64,000 nucleotides of DNA from Stenotrophomonas sp. (GTDB taxonomy: Bacteria > Pseudomonadota > Gammaproteobacteria > Xanthomonadales > Xanthomonadaceae). Positions 1 to 8,705 of the stretch are shown here, one piece after another. Every line of letters starts with the position of its first letter. Within the stretch, counting starts at the first letter, position 1. The stretch covers positions 3,397 through 67,396 of the forward strand of contig DATLJF010000211.1 in NCBI GenBank assembly GCA_035539015.1, written 5' to 3'. A program made the translations under genes and the position numbers. The notes under the pieces were generated by a model. That model did no database searches. It saw nothing but the letters and a program-made list of their open reading frames with translations, and was not told the DNA's origin.

Positions 1-1071
1 GGCGGCGTCAGCACCTACAAGGTCGGGCTGAGCGCGGACCTGTTCGACAACCGGCTGCACTTGCGCGGTGGCTGGAACCGCGCCATTCGGGGTCCGGGCG
101 TCGTTGAGCTGTTCAGGCCGATGACCACTTCGCTGTGGAGCGGCAGCGATCCATGCGCCGGTGCCAGGCCCGAGTTCACCCAGGCACAATGCCAACGCAC
201 GGGGGCCCTTGCCGCACAGTACGGCTCAATCCCGACTTCGTCGGCATCGCAATACAACCAACTGGCCGGTGGCAATACGGCGCTGAAGCCGGAAACCGCC
301 GATACCTGGAGCATCGGCGCGGCCTTCTCCCCGCTCAACAATCTCGACCTGAGCCTGGACTACGCCCAGATCCGCATCCGCGACACCATCAGCTCGATCG
401 GCGCCTCCAACATCCTGCGCAATTGCGGCCTCACTGGCCTGGCCTCGCTTTGCTCGGAGGTCAAGCGCCACCCAATGAGCGGCGATTTGTGGCGCGGCGA
501 TAGCGCGGTGGGTAGCGGCTATGTCCGCAATGTCACTGGCAACTTCGGCAACGCCTATTATCGTGGCCTGGACTTCAGCGCCAGGTATCGCTTGCCCGTG
601 GGCCCAGGCAGCCTGATGGCGGACTTCGTGGGCACCTATCTACTGCAGCAAGAGATCGAACCGATCCCGGGCGTGCCCAGCGCAACCTACGACTGCGTCG
701 GCATCATCAATGCGTCCTGCAATTCGCCCAGGTGGCGGCATGTCGCCAACCTGCGCTACACCTGGGACGATTATTCACTCGGGGTGCGCTGGCGTTACCG
801 CGGCAAGGTGGCCTACCGCGAAAACGACGGCAGCGCCGGCAAGGCCGATCACATCCTGGCGGGCAACGGCGGCATCGCCGCAGCCAACTACTTCGACCTC
901 AATGGTTCGGTTCGCTTCGGCGACAACTGGGAATGGACCGCGGGCGTCAACAACGTCTTCGACCGCGCCCCACCGCTGGTCGGCCAGGCCCTGGCAGGCA
1001 ACGGCAATTCGCCCGGCGGCTACGACCCTGCCGGCCGTTACCTGTTCACCAGCCTGAGCTACCGCTACTGA
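1..1071 (+). CDS. TonB-dependent outer-membrane receptor, C-terminal portion (5' end lies upstream of the window)
   Basis: Frame 1 is open from base 1 (GGVSTYKVGLSADLFDNRLHLRGGW...) to the stop at 1069-1071. Beta-barrel style sequence with NNVFDRAPP and an aromatic C-terminal strand RYLFTSLSYRY, typical of TBDR C termini. Confidence 0.8.
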   Translation, partial: GGVSTYKVGLSADLFDNRLHLRGGWNRAIRGPGVVELFRPMTTSLWSGSDPCAGARPEFTQAQCQRTGALAAQYGSIPTSSASQYNQLAGGNTALKPETADTWSIGAAFSPLNNLDLSLDYAQIRIRDTISSIGASNILRNCGLTGLASLCSEVKRHPMSGDLWRGDSAVGSGYVRNVTGNFGNAYYRGLDFSARYRLPVGPGSLMADFVGTYLLQQEIEPIPGVPSATYDCVGIINASCNSPRWRHVANLRYTWDDYSLGVRWRYRGKVAYRENDGSAGKADHILAGNGGIAAANYFDLNGSVRFGDNWEWTAGVNNVFDRAPPLVGQALAGNGNSPGGYDPAGRYLFTSLSYRY

Positions 1072-1220
1072 CCGTACCCCGTGGCCGGCCCGCCGATGCG
1101 TGCCGGCCACGGGCAGCGCCGGGGAGCGCGCCTGGTTTCCGTACTCGCCCGAATGGGTATACAGTCCGGCCATCGCCCGGCGCCATTGCCGGGCCTAGCG
1201 AACGCCCTGGGAGGGGACTC

Positions 1221-1676
1221 ATGCGCATACTTCGCCACGCTCTGCTGCTCGCACTGCCGCTGCTCGGCCTCGGCTTCGCCGCCAGCGCCGCCGACACCGG
1301 CGGCCATTCCGCCGCCGGCCGCTGGAAGACCATCGACGACAAGACCGGCAAGGTGAAGTCGATCGTGGAGATCAGCCAGGCGGCCAACGGCACGCTCAGC
1401 GGCAAGGTCGTGGAGATCCTGCAGTCCGATCGCGGCCCCAATCCGGTGTGCGACAAGTGCGACGGCGAGCGCAAGAACAAGCCGGTCAAGGGCATGACGA
1501 TCCTTTGGAACCTCAAGGCCGACGACGCCAGCAACTGGTCCGGCGGCACCATCCTCGATCCGGCCAACGGCAAGACCTACAAGTCCAAGCTGGAACTGCA
1601 GCCGGGTGGGCAGAAGCTGGATGTCTCCGGCTGCGTGATGTTTATCTGCCGCGCGCAGACCTGGGTTCGCGAATAA
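1221..1676 (+). CDS. DUF2147-family secreted protein
   Basis: ATG 1221 lies just downstream of GGGAGGGG. Signal peptide MRILRHALLLALPLLGLGFAASA. GRWKTIDDKTGKVKSIVEI...CDKCDGERKNKPVKGMTILW matches my recollection of DUF2147. The upstream part of ORF 732..1676 is rejected as an extension. Confidence 0.75.
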   Translation: MRILRHALLLALPLLGLGFAASAADTGGHSAAGRWKTIDDKTGKVKSIVEISQAANGTLSGKVVEILQSDRGPNPVCDKCDGERKNKPVKGMTILWNLKADDASNWSGGTILDPANGKTYKSKLELQPGGQKLDVSGCVMFICRAQTWVRE

Positions 1677-1722
1677 GGCGGCGGTTTCGCCGCGCGCCGC
1701 TCCCGGCGCGGTTTCGATCCAC

Positions 1723-1755
1723 ACGACCCGGCCCCGGCCGGGTCGTTCGTGTGTG
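1723..1755 (+). terminator. GC-rich hairpin downstream of the DUF2147 gene
   Basis: Perfect 10-bp stem ACGACCCGGC / GCCGGGTCGT with CCCG loop, followed by TCGTGTGTG. Sits 47 nt after the stop codon. Confidence 0.5.
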
Positions 1756-1758
1756 CCA

Positions 1759-1767
1759 TGCGATAAT
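1759..1767 (+). promoter_or_regulatory. Possible extended -10 element for metG
   Basis: TGcGATAAT lies 30 nt upstream of the metG ATG. No convincing -35 seen. Confidence 0.3.
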
Positions 1768-1796
1768 CCCAGGTCCCCGCGCAACGCCAGGCCCCC

Positions 1797-3890
1797 ATGT
1801 CCCGCACCGCCCTCGTCACCACCGCCCTGCCCTACGCCAATGGCCCGCTGCACCTGGGGCACCTGGTGGGCTACATCCAGGCCGACATCTGGGTGCGCGC
1901 CCGGCGCCTGCGCGGCGACAAGACCTGGTTCGTCTGTGCCGACGACACCCATGGCACGCCCATCATGCTGGCCGCCGAAAAGGCCGGGGTCACGCCGGAA
2001 GTGTTCATCGCCGGCATCCAGGCCAGCCACGAACGTGACTTCGCTGCCTTTGGCGTGGCCTTCGACCACTACGACTCGACCAATTCCAGCGCCAACCGTG
2101 AACTGACCGAGGCGTTCTACCAGCGCCTGGAGGCCGCCGGCCACATCGGCCGGCGCTCGGTGGCACAGTTCTACGATCCGGCCAAAGGCATGTTCCTGCC
2201 GGACCGCTACATCAAGGGCATCTGCCCGAACTGCGGCAGCGCCGACCAGTACGGTGACAACTGCGAAGTCTGCGGCGCCACCTATGCACCGACCGACCTG
2301 AAAGAGCCCAAGTCGGTGATTTCCGGCGCCACGCCGGAGCTGCGTGATTCGGAGCATTTCTTCTTCGAGGTCGGGCGCTTCGAGGGCTTCCTGCGCGAGT
2401 GGCTGGCCGGCGATGTCGCCCTGCCCGGGGTCAAGGCCAAGCTGATGGAATGGCTCGACGCCGAAGGCGGACTGCGCGCGTGGGACATCTCGCGCGACGC
2501 GCCCTATTTCGGCTTCCAGATCCCGGGTCATCCGAACAAATACTTCTACGTCTGGCTGGATGCGCCGATCGGCTACCTGAGCAGTTTCAAGACCTTGTGC
2601 GCGCAGATCGGCGAAGACTTCGAGCAGCACCTCGCCGCCGGCAGCGCCACCGAACTGCACCACTTCATCGGCAAGGACATCGTCAACTTCCACGGCCTGT
2701 TCTGGCCGGCGGTACTGCACGGCAGCGGCCATCGCGCGCCCACGCGCCTGCACGTCAACGGCTACCTCACCGTGGACGGCGCCAAGATGTCCAAGTCGCG
2801 CGGCACCTTCGTGATGGCGCGCACCTACCTCGACGTCGGGCTGGAGCCCGAAGCACTGCGCTACTACTTCGCCGCCAAGTCTTCCGGCGGCGTGGACGAC
2901 CTGGACCTCAACCTGGGCGACTTCATCGCGCGGGTCAACGCCGACCTGGTCGGCAAGTTCGTCAACCTGGCCAGCCGCTGCGCCGGCTTCATCAGCAAGC
3001 GCTTCGACGGCCGCCTGGCTGCCGAACTGCCCGACCGCGCGCAGTACGACCGTTTCGTCGCGGCGATGGCGCCGATCCGCGAAGCCTACGAGCACAATGA
3101 CGCGGCCAGCGCGATCCGCCAGGCGATGGCGCTGGCCGACGAGGCCAACAAGTACATCGACGAGAACAAGCCGTGGGTGGTTGCCAAGCAGGAAGGCGCC
3201 GACGCCCAATTGCAGGCCATCTGCACCCAGGGCCTGAACCTGTTCCGCCTGCTGGTGGCCGCGCTCAAGCCGATCCTGCCGCGCACCAGCGCCGAGGCCG
3301 AAGCCTTCCTGTCCGCACCGATGACCAGTTGGGAAGACATTTCCCAGCCGCTGGCCGACGGCCATGTCATCCAGCCCTACACCGCCCTGTTCACCCGAAT
3401 CGACCCGAAACTGATCGACGCCATGACCGACGCCTCCAAGGACACCCTCGCCGCCGCAGCCGCACCTGTGGGAGCACCTGTAGGAGGGGCATCAGCCCCG
3501 ACAGCATCCGCAGCCAAAAAGCCCGCCGCACCCGAGCAAACAGCCAACGCCGCTACCCCCCATATCGGCATCGAAGACTTCGCCAAGCTCGACCTGCGCA
3601 TCGGCAAGGTACTGGCCTGCGAGTTCGTCGAAGGCTCGGACAAGCTGCTGCGCTTCGAACTGGATGCCGGCGAGCTCGGCAAGCGCCAGATCTTCTCCGG
3701 CATTCGCGGCAGCTACGGTGAACCGGAAAAGCTGGTGGGCCGCAATGTCGTGTTCATCGCCAACCTGGCGCCGCGCAAGATGCGCTTCGGCCTGAGCGAG
3801 GGCATGATTCTTTCGGCCGGTTTCGACGGCGGCGCACTGGCGCTGCTGGATGCCGACGCCGCTGCGCAGCCGGGCATGCCGGTGCGCTGA
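1797..3890 (+). CDS. metG: Methionine--tRNA ligase with C-terminal tRNA-binding domain
   Basis: MSRTALVTTALPYANGPLHLGHLVGYIQADIW (HIGH-type motif), KMSKSRG motif, zinc knuckle CPNCGS...CEVCG, and C-terminal Trbp111-like domain (LDLRIGKVLACEFVEGSDKLLRFELDAGE). Confidence 0.97.
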   Translation: MSRTALVTTALPYANGPLHLGHLVGYIQADIWVRARRLRGDKTWFVCADDTHGTPIMLAAEKAGVTPEVFIAGIQASHERDFAAFGVAFDHYDSTNSSANRELTEAFYQRLEAAGHIGRRSVAQFYDPAKGMFLPDRYIKGICPNCGSADQYGDNCEVCGATYAPTDLKEPKSVISGATPELRDSEHFFFEVGRFEGFLREWLAGDVALPGVKAKLMEWLDAEGGLRAWDISRDAPYFGFQIPGHPNKYFYVWLDAPIGYLSSFKTLCAQIGEDFEQHLAAGSATELHHFIGKDIVNFHGLFWPAVLHGSGHRAPTRLHVNGYLTVDGAKMSKSRGTFVMARTYLDVGLEPEALRYYFAAKSSGGVDDLDLNLGDFIARVNADLVGKFVNLASRCAGFISKRFDGRLAAELPDRAQYDRFVAAMAPIREAYEHNDAASAIRQAMALADEANKYIDENKPWVVAKQEGADAQLQAICTQGLNLFRLLVAALKPILPRTSAEAEAFLSAPMTSWEDISQPLADGHVIQPYTALFTRIDPKLIDAMTDASKDTLAAAAAPVGAPVGGASAPTASAAKKPAAPEQTANAATPHIGIEDFAKLDLRIGKVLACEFVEGSDKLLRFELDAGELGKRQIFSGIRGSYGEPEKLVGRNVVFIANLAPRKMRFGLSEGMILSAGFDGGALALLDADAAAQPGMPVR
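3479..3505. repeat. REP-like palindromic element copy lying inside the metG coding region
   Basis: TGTAGGAGGGGCATCAGCCCCGACAGC matches the intergenic REP arm at 61699-61727 at 25 of 27 aligned positions. Confidence 0.6.
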
Positions 3891-3957
3891 GGCGTGCCAG
3901 TTGCGCACGTTTCGCGTGCGCGATGCCTGATCGAGCTGCGCAGCCTTTCGCCACGCC

Positions 3958-4374
3958 ATGAACCGCTCAACTACTGACCTGGTCGAACGCCTCGACCGCC
4001 TGTTGCCGCAAACCCAATGCGGCCAGTGCGGTTTCGACGGCTGCCGGCCGTATGCCGAAGCAATGGCGCGCGGCGAGGCCGGGATCGACCATTGTCCGCC
4101 GGGCGGCGATGCGGGCGCGCGGGCGTTGGCGGCGCTGTTGCAGGTGCCTGTGCTACCTTATGACCGCAGCCGTGGCGAGCACAAGGTGCCGCAGGTGGCG
4201 TGGATCGTGGAGGCCGATTGCATTGGTTGCACCAAGTGCATCCAGGCGTGTCCTGTGGATGCGATCGTTGGGGGTTCGAAGCATATGCATACGGTGATCG
4301 CGCCTTTGTGTACGGGGTGCGAGTTGTGTGTGCCGGTGTGTCCTGTGGACTGTATTGAGCTTCGTGTCGTTTGA
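3958..4374 (+). CDS. RnfB/RsxB-related 4Fe-4S ferredoxin
   Basis: N-terminal [16 protein letters not shown]...HCPPGG Fe-S domain plus two ferredoxin motifs, [12 protein letters not shown] and [12 protein letters not shown]. No membrane anchor. Confidence 0.85.
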   Translation: MNRSTTDLVERLDRLLPQTQCGQCGFDGCRPYAEAMARGEAGIDHCPPGGDAGARALAALLQVPVLPYDRSRGEHKVPQVAWIVEADCIGCTKCIQACPVDAIVGGSKHMHTVIAPLCTGCELCVPVCPVDCIELRVV

Positions 4375-4386
4375 TTTTTTACGTGC

Positions 4387-4496
4387 GGCATTCGGGGGCA
4401 GGCCCTTTCCCGGACACGCCGTGAATACGTCCTTGTAGGCTAATCAGCGACATCCATGTCGCCGATTGTCCGGGAAAGGGCCTGCCCCCGAATGCC
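4387..4496. repeat. Perfect 30-bp inverted repeat with 50-bp spacer (MITE-like / long REP hairpin)
   Basis: GGCATTCGGGGGCAGGCCCTTTCCCGGACA at 4387-4416 is the exact reverse complement of 4467-4496. The spacer holds a smaller hairpin GCGACATCCATGTCGC. Confidence 0.85.
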
Positions 4497-4515
4497 CGAT
4501 GGTTCAACGTGGTTT

Positions 4516-4580
4516 GTGGGAGAGAAAAGCGCCCTCATCCGCCCCTGTCGGGGCACCTTCTCCCGCAAAGCAGGAGAAGG
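4516..4580. repeat. Intergenic repetitive element with two hairpins
   Basis: GCCCCTGTCGGGGC (4541-4554) and CCTTCTCC-CGCAAAGCA-GGAGAAGG (4556-4580). I recall the GCGCCCTCATCCGCCCC...CACCTTCTCCCGCAA..GGAGAAGG type as a common Xanthomonadaceae intergenic repeat. Confidence 0.6.
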
Positions 4581-4637
4581 ACGGCTGGCATCTACGCGAT
4601 CTGATTTGGCCGGTTACGCAATCTTTCTGGAGCAAAG

Positions 4638-4673
4638 CCCCCCTTCTGTTAAGGGGGGCGCGCCGAAGGCGCG
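4638..4673. repeat. Two adjacent short perfect hairpins
   Basis: CCCCCCTT-CTGTT-AAGGGGGG (4638-4658) and CGCGCC-GAA-GGCGCG (4659-4673). Confidence 0.7.
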
Positions 4674-4839
4674 GGGGATAGGCAAGGCAGAAGTGGGGCC
4701 CGAAGTTTGCGCAGCAAACTTTGGGGGCGCAGCCCGCGTAGCGGGATGTGCTACGCCGCGGGGGATAGGCGAGGCAGAGCCAAGCCGAACATTGCAAAGC
4801 AATGTTCGGTGGCTCCTGCCCGCAACGCGGGCAGGAGCC
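4671..4839. repeat. Two tandem repeat units (87-bp period), each ending in a hairpin, followed by a 13-bp-stem hairpin
   Basis: Both units start GCGGGGGATAGGC(A/G)AGGCAGA (4671 and 4758). Hairpins are at 4699-4725 (..GAAGTTTGC-GCA-GCAAACTT..) and 4785-4809 (CCGAACATTGC-AAA-GCAATGTTCGG). GGCTCCTGCCCGC-AAC-GCGGGCAGGAGCC lies at 4811-4839. Confidence 0.8.
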
Positions 4840-4850
4840 AGGCGGCGATC

Positions 4851-5201
4851 TTAGATCGCCGCAGTAATGACGATCTCGATCTTCCAGTCCGGGCAGGCGA
4901 GCTTGGCCTCTACGGTGGCGCGTGCCGGGGTGAAGCCGGGGGCGACCCATTCGTCCCAGACTTCGTTCATCGCCGCGAAGTCGCTGATGTCGGCCAGGAA
5001 GATCTCCGCGCGCAGGATCTTGGTCTTGTCGCTGGCGCCCAAGGCGAGCAGGCGGTCGATTTCGGCCAGTACTTGGCGGGTCTGGCCCTTGATGTCGGCG
5101 CTGGGGTCTTCGGCGATCTGGCCGGCGAGATAGCACACGCCGTGGTGGACGGTCATTTCCGACATCCGTGGGCCGGTTTCGTATCGTTGCAACATCAGCA
5201 T
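4851..5201 (-). CDS. RidA/YjgF-family protein (YoaB-like)
   Basis: ...HHGVCYLAGQIAEDPSADIKGQTRQVLAEIDRLL...ILRAEIFLADISDFAAMNEVWDEWV...KIEIVITAAI resembles E. coli YoaB as I recall it. The start may be the ATG at 5201 or the one at 5195; both overlap the upstream stop. Confidence 0.85.
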   Translation of the reverse strand: MLMLQRYETGPRMSEMTVHHGVCYLAGQIAEDPSADIKGQTRQVLAEIDRLLALGASDKTKILRAEIFLADISDFAAMNEVWDEWVAPGFTPARATVEAKLACPDWKIEIVITAAI

Positions 5202-5887
5202 TCCTCGGTCGACAAGTCGTTTGCATTGTCACGCGTTCGGCGTGAGCGTGCAGCCTGGGGGCCACGCGCCAGGCGCAGGCCGCTCCATATCAGCCAGGCG
5301 ACGATCAGGGCGATCGCGCTTTTCTGGCCCAGGCCGCGCGGGCCCAGCCGCAGCACGGCGTGGGTAATCAGGACGGCGAAGGCCACGCCGCCGAGCCAGA
5401 GCGCCGGGGCGGCGTGTGTGCGCCAGTGGGGGTCGGCACGCAGCTGCCAGGATTGCAGCAGGACCGCGGCGATCACGCACAGGAAGGCGGCCTGCGCGGC
5501 TACCAGGTGCACCGACAAGGCGGCGGCCGGGGCGTACTGCGGCAGGTAGCTGTCGCCGATGGCCACGGTCGCCAGGCCTAGTGCGGCGCTCCAGAACAGG
5601 CCCAGCACGACGCCGCTGCGTGCCGCCGGGGCCAGGCTGGCCTGCAACGCCAGCGCCTGGAGCGACATGGACAGTGCCAGCAGGCAATAAGCCACGCGCA
5701 GTGACAGGCCATAGGGGCCGTGCAGGTAGGCACTCAGTTGCGCCTGGGTCCAGGACAGGTCGCTGCGCAGCAGTTGCAGCACCAGCACCCAGGCCAAGAA
5801 GGCGCAGCCGGCCGCCGTGGCCAGGGCGCCAGTGCGCGTGATCCAGGATGGCCAGGCCGGCGAATCTGACACTGGGCTCAACGACAT
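5195..5887 (-). CDS. Multi-pass inner-membrane protein, function unknown (possibly DUF998-like)
   Basis: AGGAGG RBS 7 nt upstream of ATG 5887. About six hydrophobic segments. Family assignment is from memory only. Confidence 0.6.
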   Translation of the reverse strand: MSLSPVSDSPAWPSWITRTGALATAAGCAFLAWVLVLQLLRSDLSWTQAQLSAYLHGPYGLSLRVAYCLLALSMSLQALALQASLAPAARSGVVLGLFWSAALGLATVAIGDSYLPQYAPAAALSVHLVAAQAAFLCVIAAVLLQSWQLRADPHWRTHAAPALWLGGVAFAVLITHAVLRLGPRGLGQKSAIALIVAWLIWSGLRLARGPQAARSRRTRDNANDLSTEEC

Positions 5888-6135
5888 CGGTTTTCCTCCT
5901 GCGCGCCGTGGATGGACACATCCGCCTGGGCGATGTTGGCTTTATGATGCGCGCCTGCCGCGGGCGCGCCAATGTTTCGCCTCGGCCGATCGCCCCGTAC
6001 CCTCCGCCCTTCACCTTCCGCCCGCGCTCCTGCCACGACGATGCCCGCGACCTTGTTGAAGGAACGCCGGATGCGTGGGTTGCCGCTGCTGCAGGCGCTT
6101 GGTTCTTCTGCTGCTGTACCACGAGATTGCCGCCC

Positions 6136-8703
6136 ATGACGGATACCGCCGCCAAGTCTGCCCCGCACGCCGGCTGGCGACGCGCCGTGCCGGTCGTCGT
6201 CAGCCTGGTCATCCTGGCGATGGCATTGCGGGCGTTGTCGGCGGAATTCAGTACCCACGGCTACGCCGCGATCCGCCACGCCTTCCATGGCATCGGCGTG
6301 CGCCAGGTGGTGCTGACCCTGGTACTGGGCTTGAGCAGTTATGCCTGCCTGGTGTTGTTCGATGCGATCGGCTTGCAACGCAGTGGCCGGCAATTGCATC
6401 CAGCACGCATCGCCATCACCGCGTTCCTGGCCCACACCGTCGGCCAGACCCTGGGGTTCGCCGCGCTCACCGGCGGTGCGGTGCGCCTGCGTGGTTATGG
6501 CCGGGTCGGCTTGACCTTGGGCGAGATCGGCCAGGTGGTGTTGATCAGCACGCTCGGCTTCGTCTTCGGCGCCTGGGTATTGCTGGGCCTGGCGCTGGCG
6601 TTGGAGCCGGCGGCCGCGGCGCTGGCGTTGCCGGTGAGCCCGGCGACGGTCGAGGGGATGGGCATCGGTTTGCTGGTAGGGTTCGTGGCGATGCTGGTGG
6701 CGGTCGGGCGCAAGGGCCGCACGCTGGCGATCAGGGCGCACACCCTGTGGTTGCCGGATTACCGCACCGTGCTCGGCGTGACCGTGCTCAGCGTGATCGA
6801 GCTCGGACTGGCCAGCGGCGCGCTGTACGTGCTGCTGCCGCCGATCCCAGGCACTGGCTATGTCGGCTTCGTCGGCCTGTACCTGGTCGCGGTGGTGGCC
6901 GGCCTGCTATCCACGGTGCCGGCCGGGCTGGGCGTGTTCGAGTGGAGCCTGCTCAAGCTGCTGCCGGGGGTGGCGCCGGCGGCGCTGCTGGCGGCCGCAC
7001 TGGTCTATCGCGTCACCTACTACGTGTTCCCGATGCTGCTGGCCACGTTGATGGCGGCGGCCTCGGGCCTGCGCCGGCCGATGTCGCGCGGCACCGTGGC
7101 CGCGCGCGCGGCCTGGCTCACGCTGCGGCCCTGGCTGCCGCAGGTCATCGCCATTGCGGTGTTCGCGATCGGCGCGGCGCTGGTCATCGAGGGCACCCTG
7201 CCGATGCCGCGCCGCTGGGAAGGCGTGGCGCCTTTGCCGCTGGTGGAAACCTCGCACCTGCTGGCCAGTCTCGGCGGCGTGGCGCTGCTGCTGATCGGCC
7301 AAGGCCTGCAACGCCGCAGCCATGCCGCCTGGGTGTTGGCCCTGGCGATCTGCGTCGCCTTGCCGCTGCCGGCCTGGTTGCGCGGCGGCCATGTGCCGGT
7401 AGCCCTGAGCGCGCTGCTGGTAGCGCTGGCGCTGTGGGTGTCGCGGCGCGAGTTCTACCGCGAAGGCGCACTGCTGGACGAGGCCTGGTCGTGGCCATGG
7501 CTGCGCAACCTCGGGCTGGTGCTGGTGGCCACGGTGTGGCTGCTGTTCTTCGTCTACAGCCACGTCGAATACCAGCGCGAGCTGTGGTGGCAGTTCGCGA
7601 CCTCGGCCAATGCCCCGCGTGCGCTGCGCGCGTTGCTGCTGGTGGCGGTGGCGGTGATCGCCTTCGGGCTGGCGCGCCTGCTGCACAGTACGCGGCGGCC
7701 GCTGCCGCCGGCCGACGACGCCGCGTTGGCCTCGCTGGCGCCGATCCTGGCGCAGTGCGGCGATACCCAGGCCTGCCTGGTCCTCACCGGCGACAAGGCA
7801 TTGCTGCGCGATGAAGCCCAGCGCGGCTTTGCAATGATGCAACGCTACGGCGGCTCGCTGATCTCGATGGGCGACCCGGTCGGGCCGCCGGAGGTCGTAC
7901 GCGGCTTGATCTGGCGCTTCCGCGAGGAAGCCGACCGCCTCGGCCTGCGCCCGGTGTTCTACCAGGTCGGCGACCAGCACTGGCAGACCTATCTCGATCT
8001 CGGCCTGACCCTGGTCAAACTGGGCGAGGAAGCCGTGGTGCCGATCGCCGGCTTCCAGCTCGAAGGCAAGGAGCGCGCCGAACTGCGCCAGGCCTTCAAC
8101 CGCGGCAAGCGCAGCGGCCTGAGCTTCCGCATGCTGGCGCCGGCTGAAGTGCCCGCGTACCTGCCGCGCCTGGAGGAGATTTCGCGGCAGTGGCTGGAAG
8201 ACAAGGCCGGCGAGGAAAAAGGGTTCTCGCTTGGCAGTTTCGACGACGCGTATCTCAGCCGCTTCCCGGTCGCGGTGATCGAACATGAAGGCCGCATCGT
8301 TGCCTTCGCCAACCTGTGGTGTGCACCGGCGGGTGGCGAGCTGTCGGTGGACCTGATGCGGCACGTCGACGAAGCCCCCAAGGGCACCATGGACTACCTG
8401 TTCGTCGAGCTGTTCCTGTGGGGTGCCGCGCAGGGCTACCAGCGCTTTTCGCTGGGCATGGCGCCGCTGTCCGGCCTGGCCCAGCACCGCCTGGCCGGGC
8501 GCTGGAACCGCTTCGGCAATGTCGTGGCCCGCCATGGCGAGCGCTTCTACGGCTTCAGCGGGCTGCGCCGATTCAAGTCCAAGTTCTCGCCGCTGTGGCG
8601 CCCGCGCTACCTGGTGGCACCGGGCGGCATGCACCTGCCCGCGGCGCTGCTCGATGTGACCCGCCTGATCTCGCTGGAACCGCGCCGCCGCGAGCGCGAT
8701 TGA
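6136..8703 (+). CDS. mprF: Bifunctional lysylphosphatidylglycerol flippase/synthetase MprF
   Basis: About 855 aa. Long polytopic N-terminal domain plus C-terminal aminoacyl-PG synthase domain (DUF2156-like: FSLGSFDDAYL...LWCAPAGGELSVDLMRH...FYGFSGLRRFKSKFSPLW). ATG 6136 chosen; the 5848-6135 extension has no membrane or signal character. Confidence 0.9.
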   Translation: MTDTAAKSAPHAGWRRAVPVVVSLVILAMALRALSAEFSTHGYAAIRHAFHGIGVRQVVLTLVLGLSSYACLVLFDAIGLQRSGRQLHPARIAITAFLAHTVGQTLGFAALTGGAVRLRGYGRVGLTLGEIGQVVLISTLGFVFGAWVLLGLALALEPAAAALALPVSPATVEGMGIGLLVGFVAMLVAVGRKGRTLAIRAHTLWLPDYRTVLGVTVLSVIELGLASGALYVLLPPIPGTGYVGFVGLYLVAVVAGLLSTVPAGLGVFEWSLLKLLPGVAPAALLAAALVYRVTYYVFPMLLATLMAAASGLRRPMSRGTVAARAAWLTLRPWLPQVIAIAVFAIGAALVIEGTLPMPRRWEGVAPLPLVETSHLLASLGGVALLLIGQGLQRRSHAAWVLALAICVALPLPAWLRGGHVPVALSALLVALALWVSRREFYREGALLDEAWSWPWLRNLGLVLVATVWLLFFVYSHVEYQRELWWQFATSANAPRALRALLLVAVAVIAFGLARLLHSTRRPLPPADDAALASLAPILAQCGDTQACLVLTGDKALLRDEAQRGFAMMQRYGGSLISMGDPVGPPEVVRGLIWRFREEADRLGLRPVFYQVGDQHWQTYLDLGLTLVKLGEEAVVPIAGFQLEGKERAELRQAFNRGKRSGLSFRMLAPAEVPAYLPRLEEISRQWLEDKAGEEKGFSLGSFDDAYLSRFPVAVIEHEGRIVAFANLWCAPAGGELSVDLMRHVDEAPKGTMDYLFVELFLWGAAQGYQRFSLGMAPLSGLAQHRLAGRWNRFGNVVARHGERFYGFSGLRRFKSKFSPLWRPRYLVAPGGMHLPAALLDVTRLISLEPRRRERD

Positions 8704-8705
8704 AA

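Noticed and set aside
1065-3365. 766-aa ORF on the minus strand
   Set aside because: It lies antisense to metG, which has unambiguous class I synthetase motifs. The product is Arg/Ala/Gly/Val-rich with no motifs, which is the typical GC-driven shadow ORF.
4671-4839. Possible CRISPR array
   Set aside because: There are only two repeat units and no regular repeat-spacer architecture. The units are palindromic REP-like elements, and no cas genes are in the window.
5848-6135. N-terminal 96-codon extension of the mprF ORF
   Set aside because: The extension is non-hydrophobic and Arg/Pro/Cys-rich and would overlap the divergent promoter region. The MTDTAAKSAPHAGWRR start directly precedes the first TM segment.
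6907-8634. 575-aa minus-strand ORF, plus 579-aa and 287-aa ORFs overlapping mprF
   Set aside because: All overlap the mprF frame, which has the polytopic membrane and synthase domains. These alternatives are Arg/Pro/Gly-rich artefacts.
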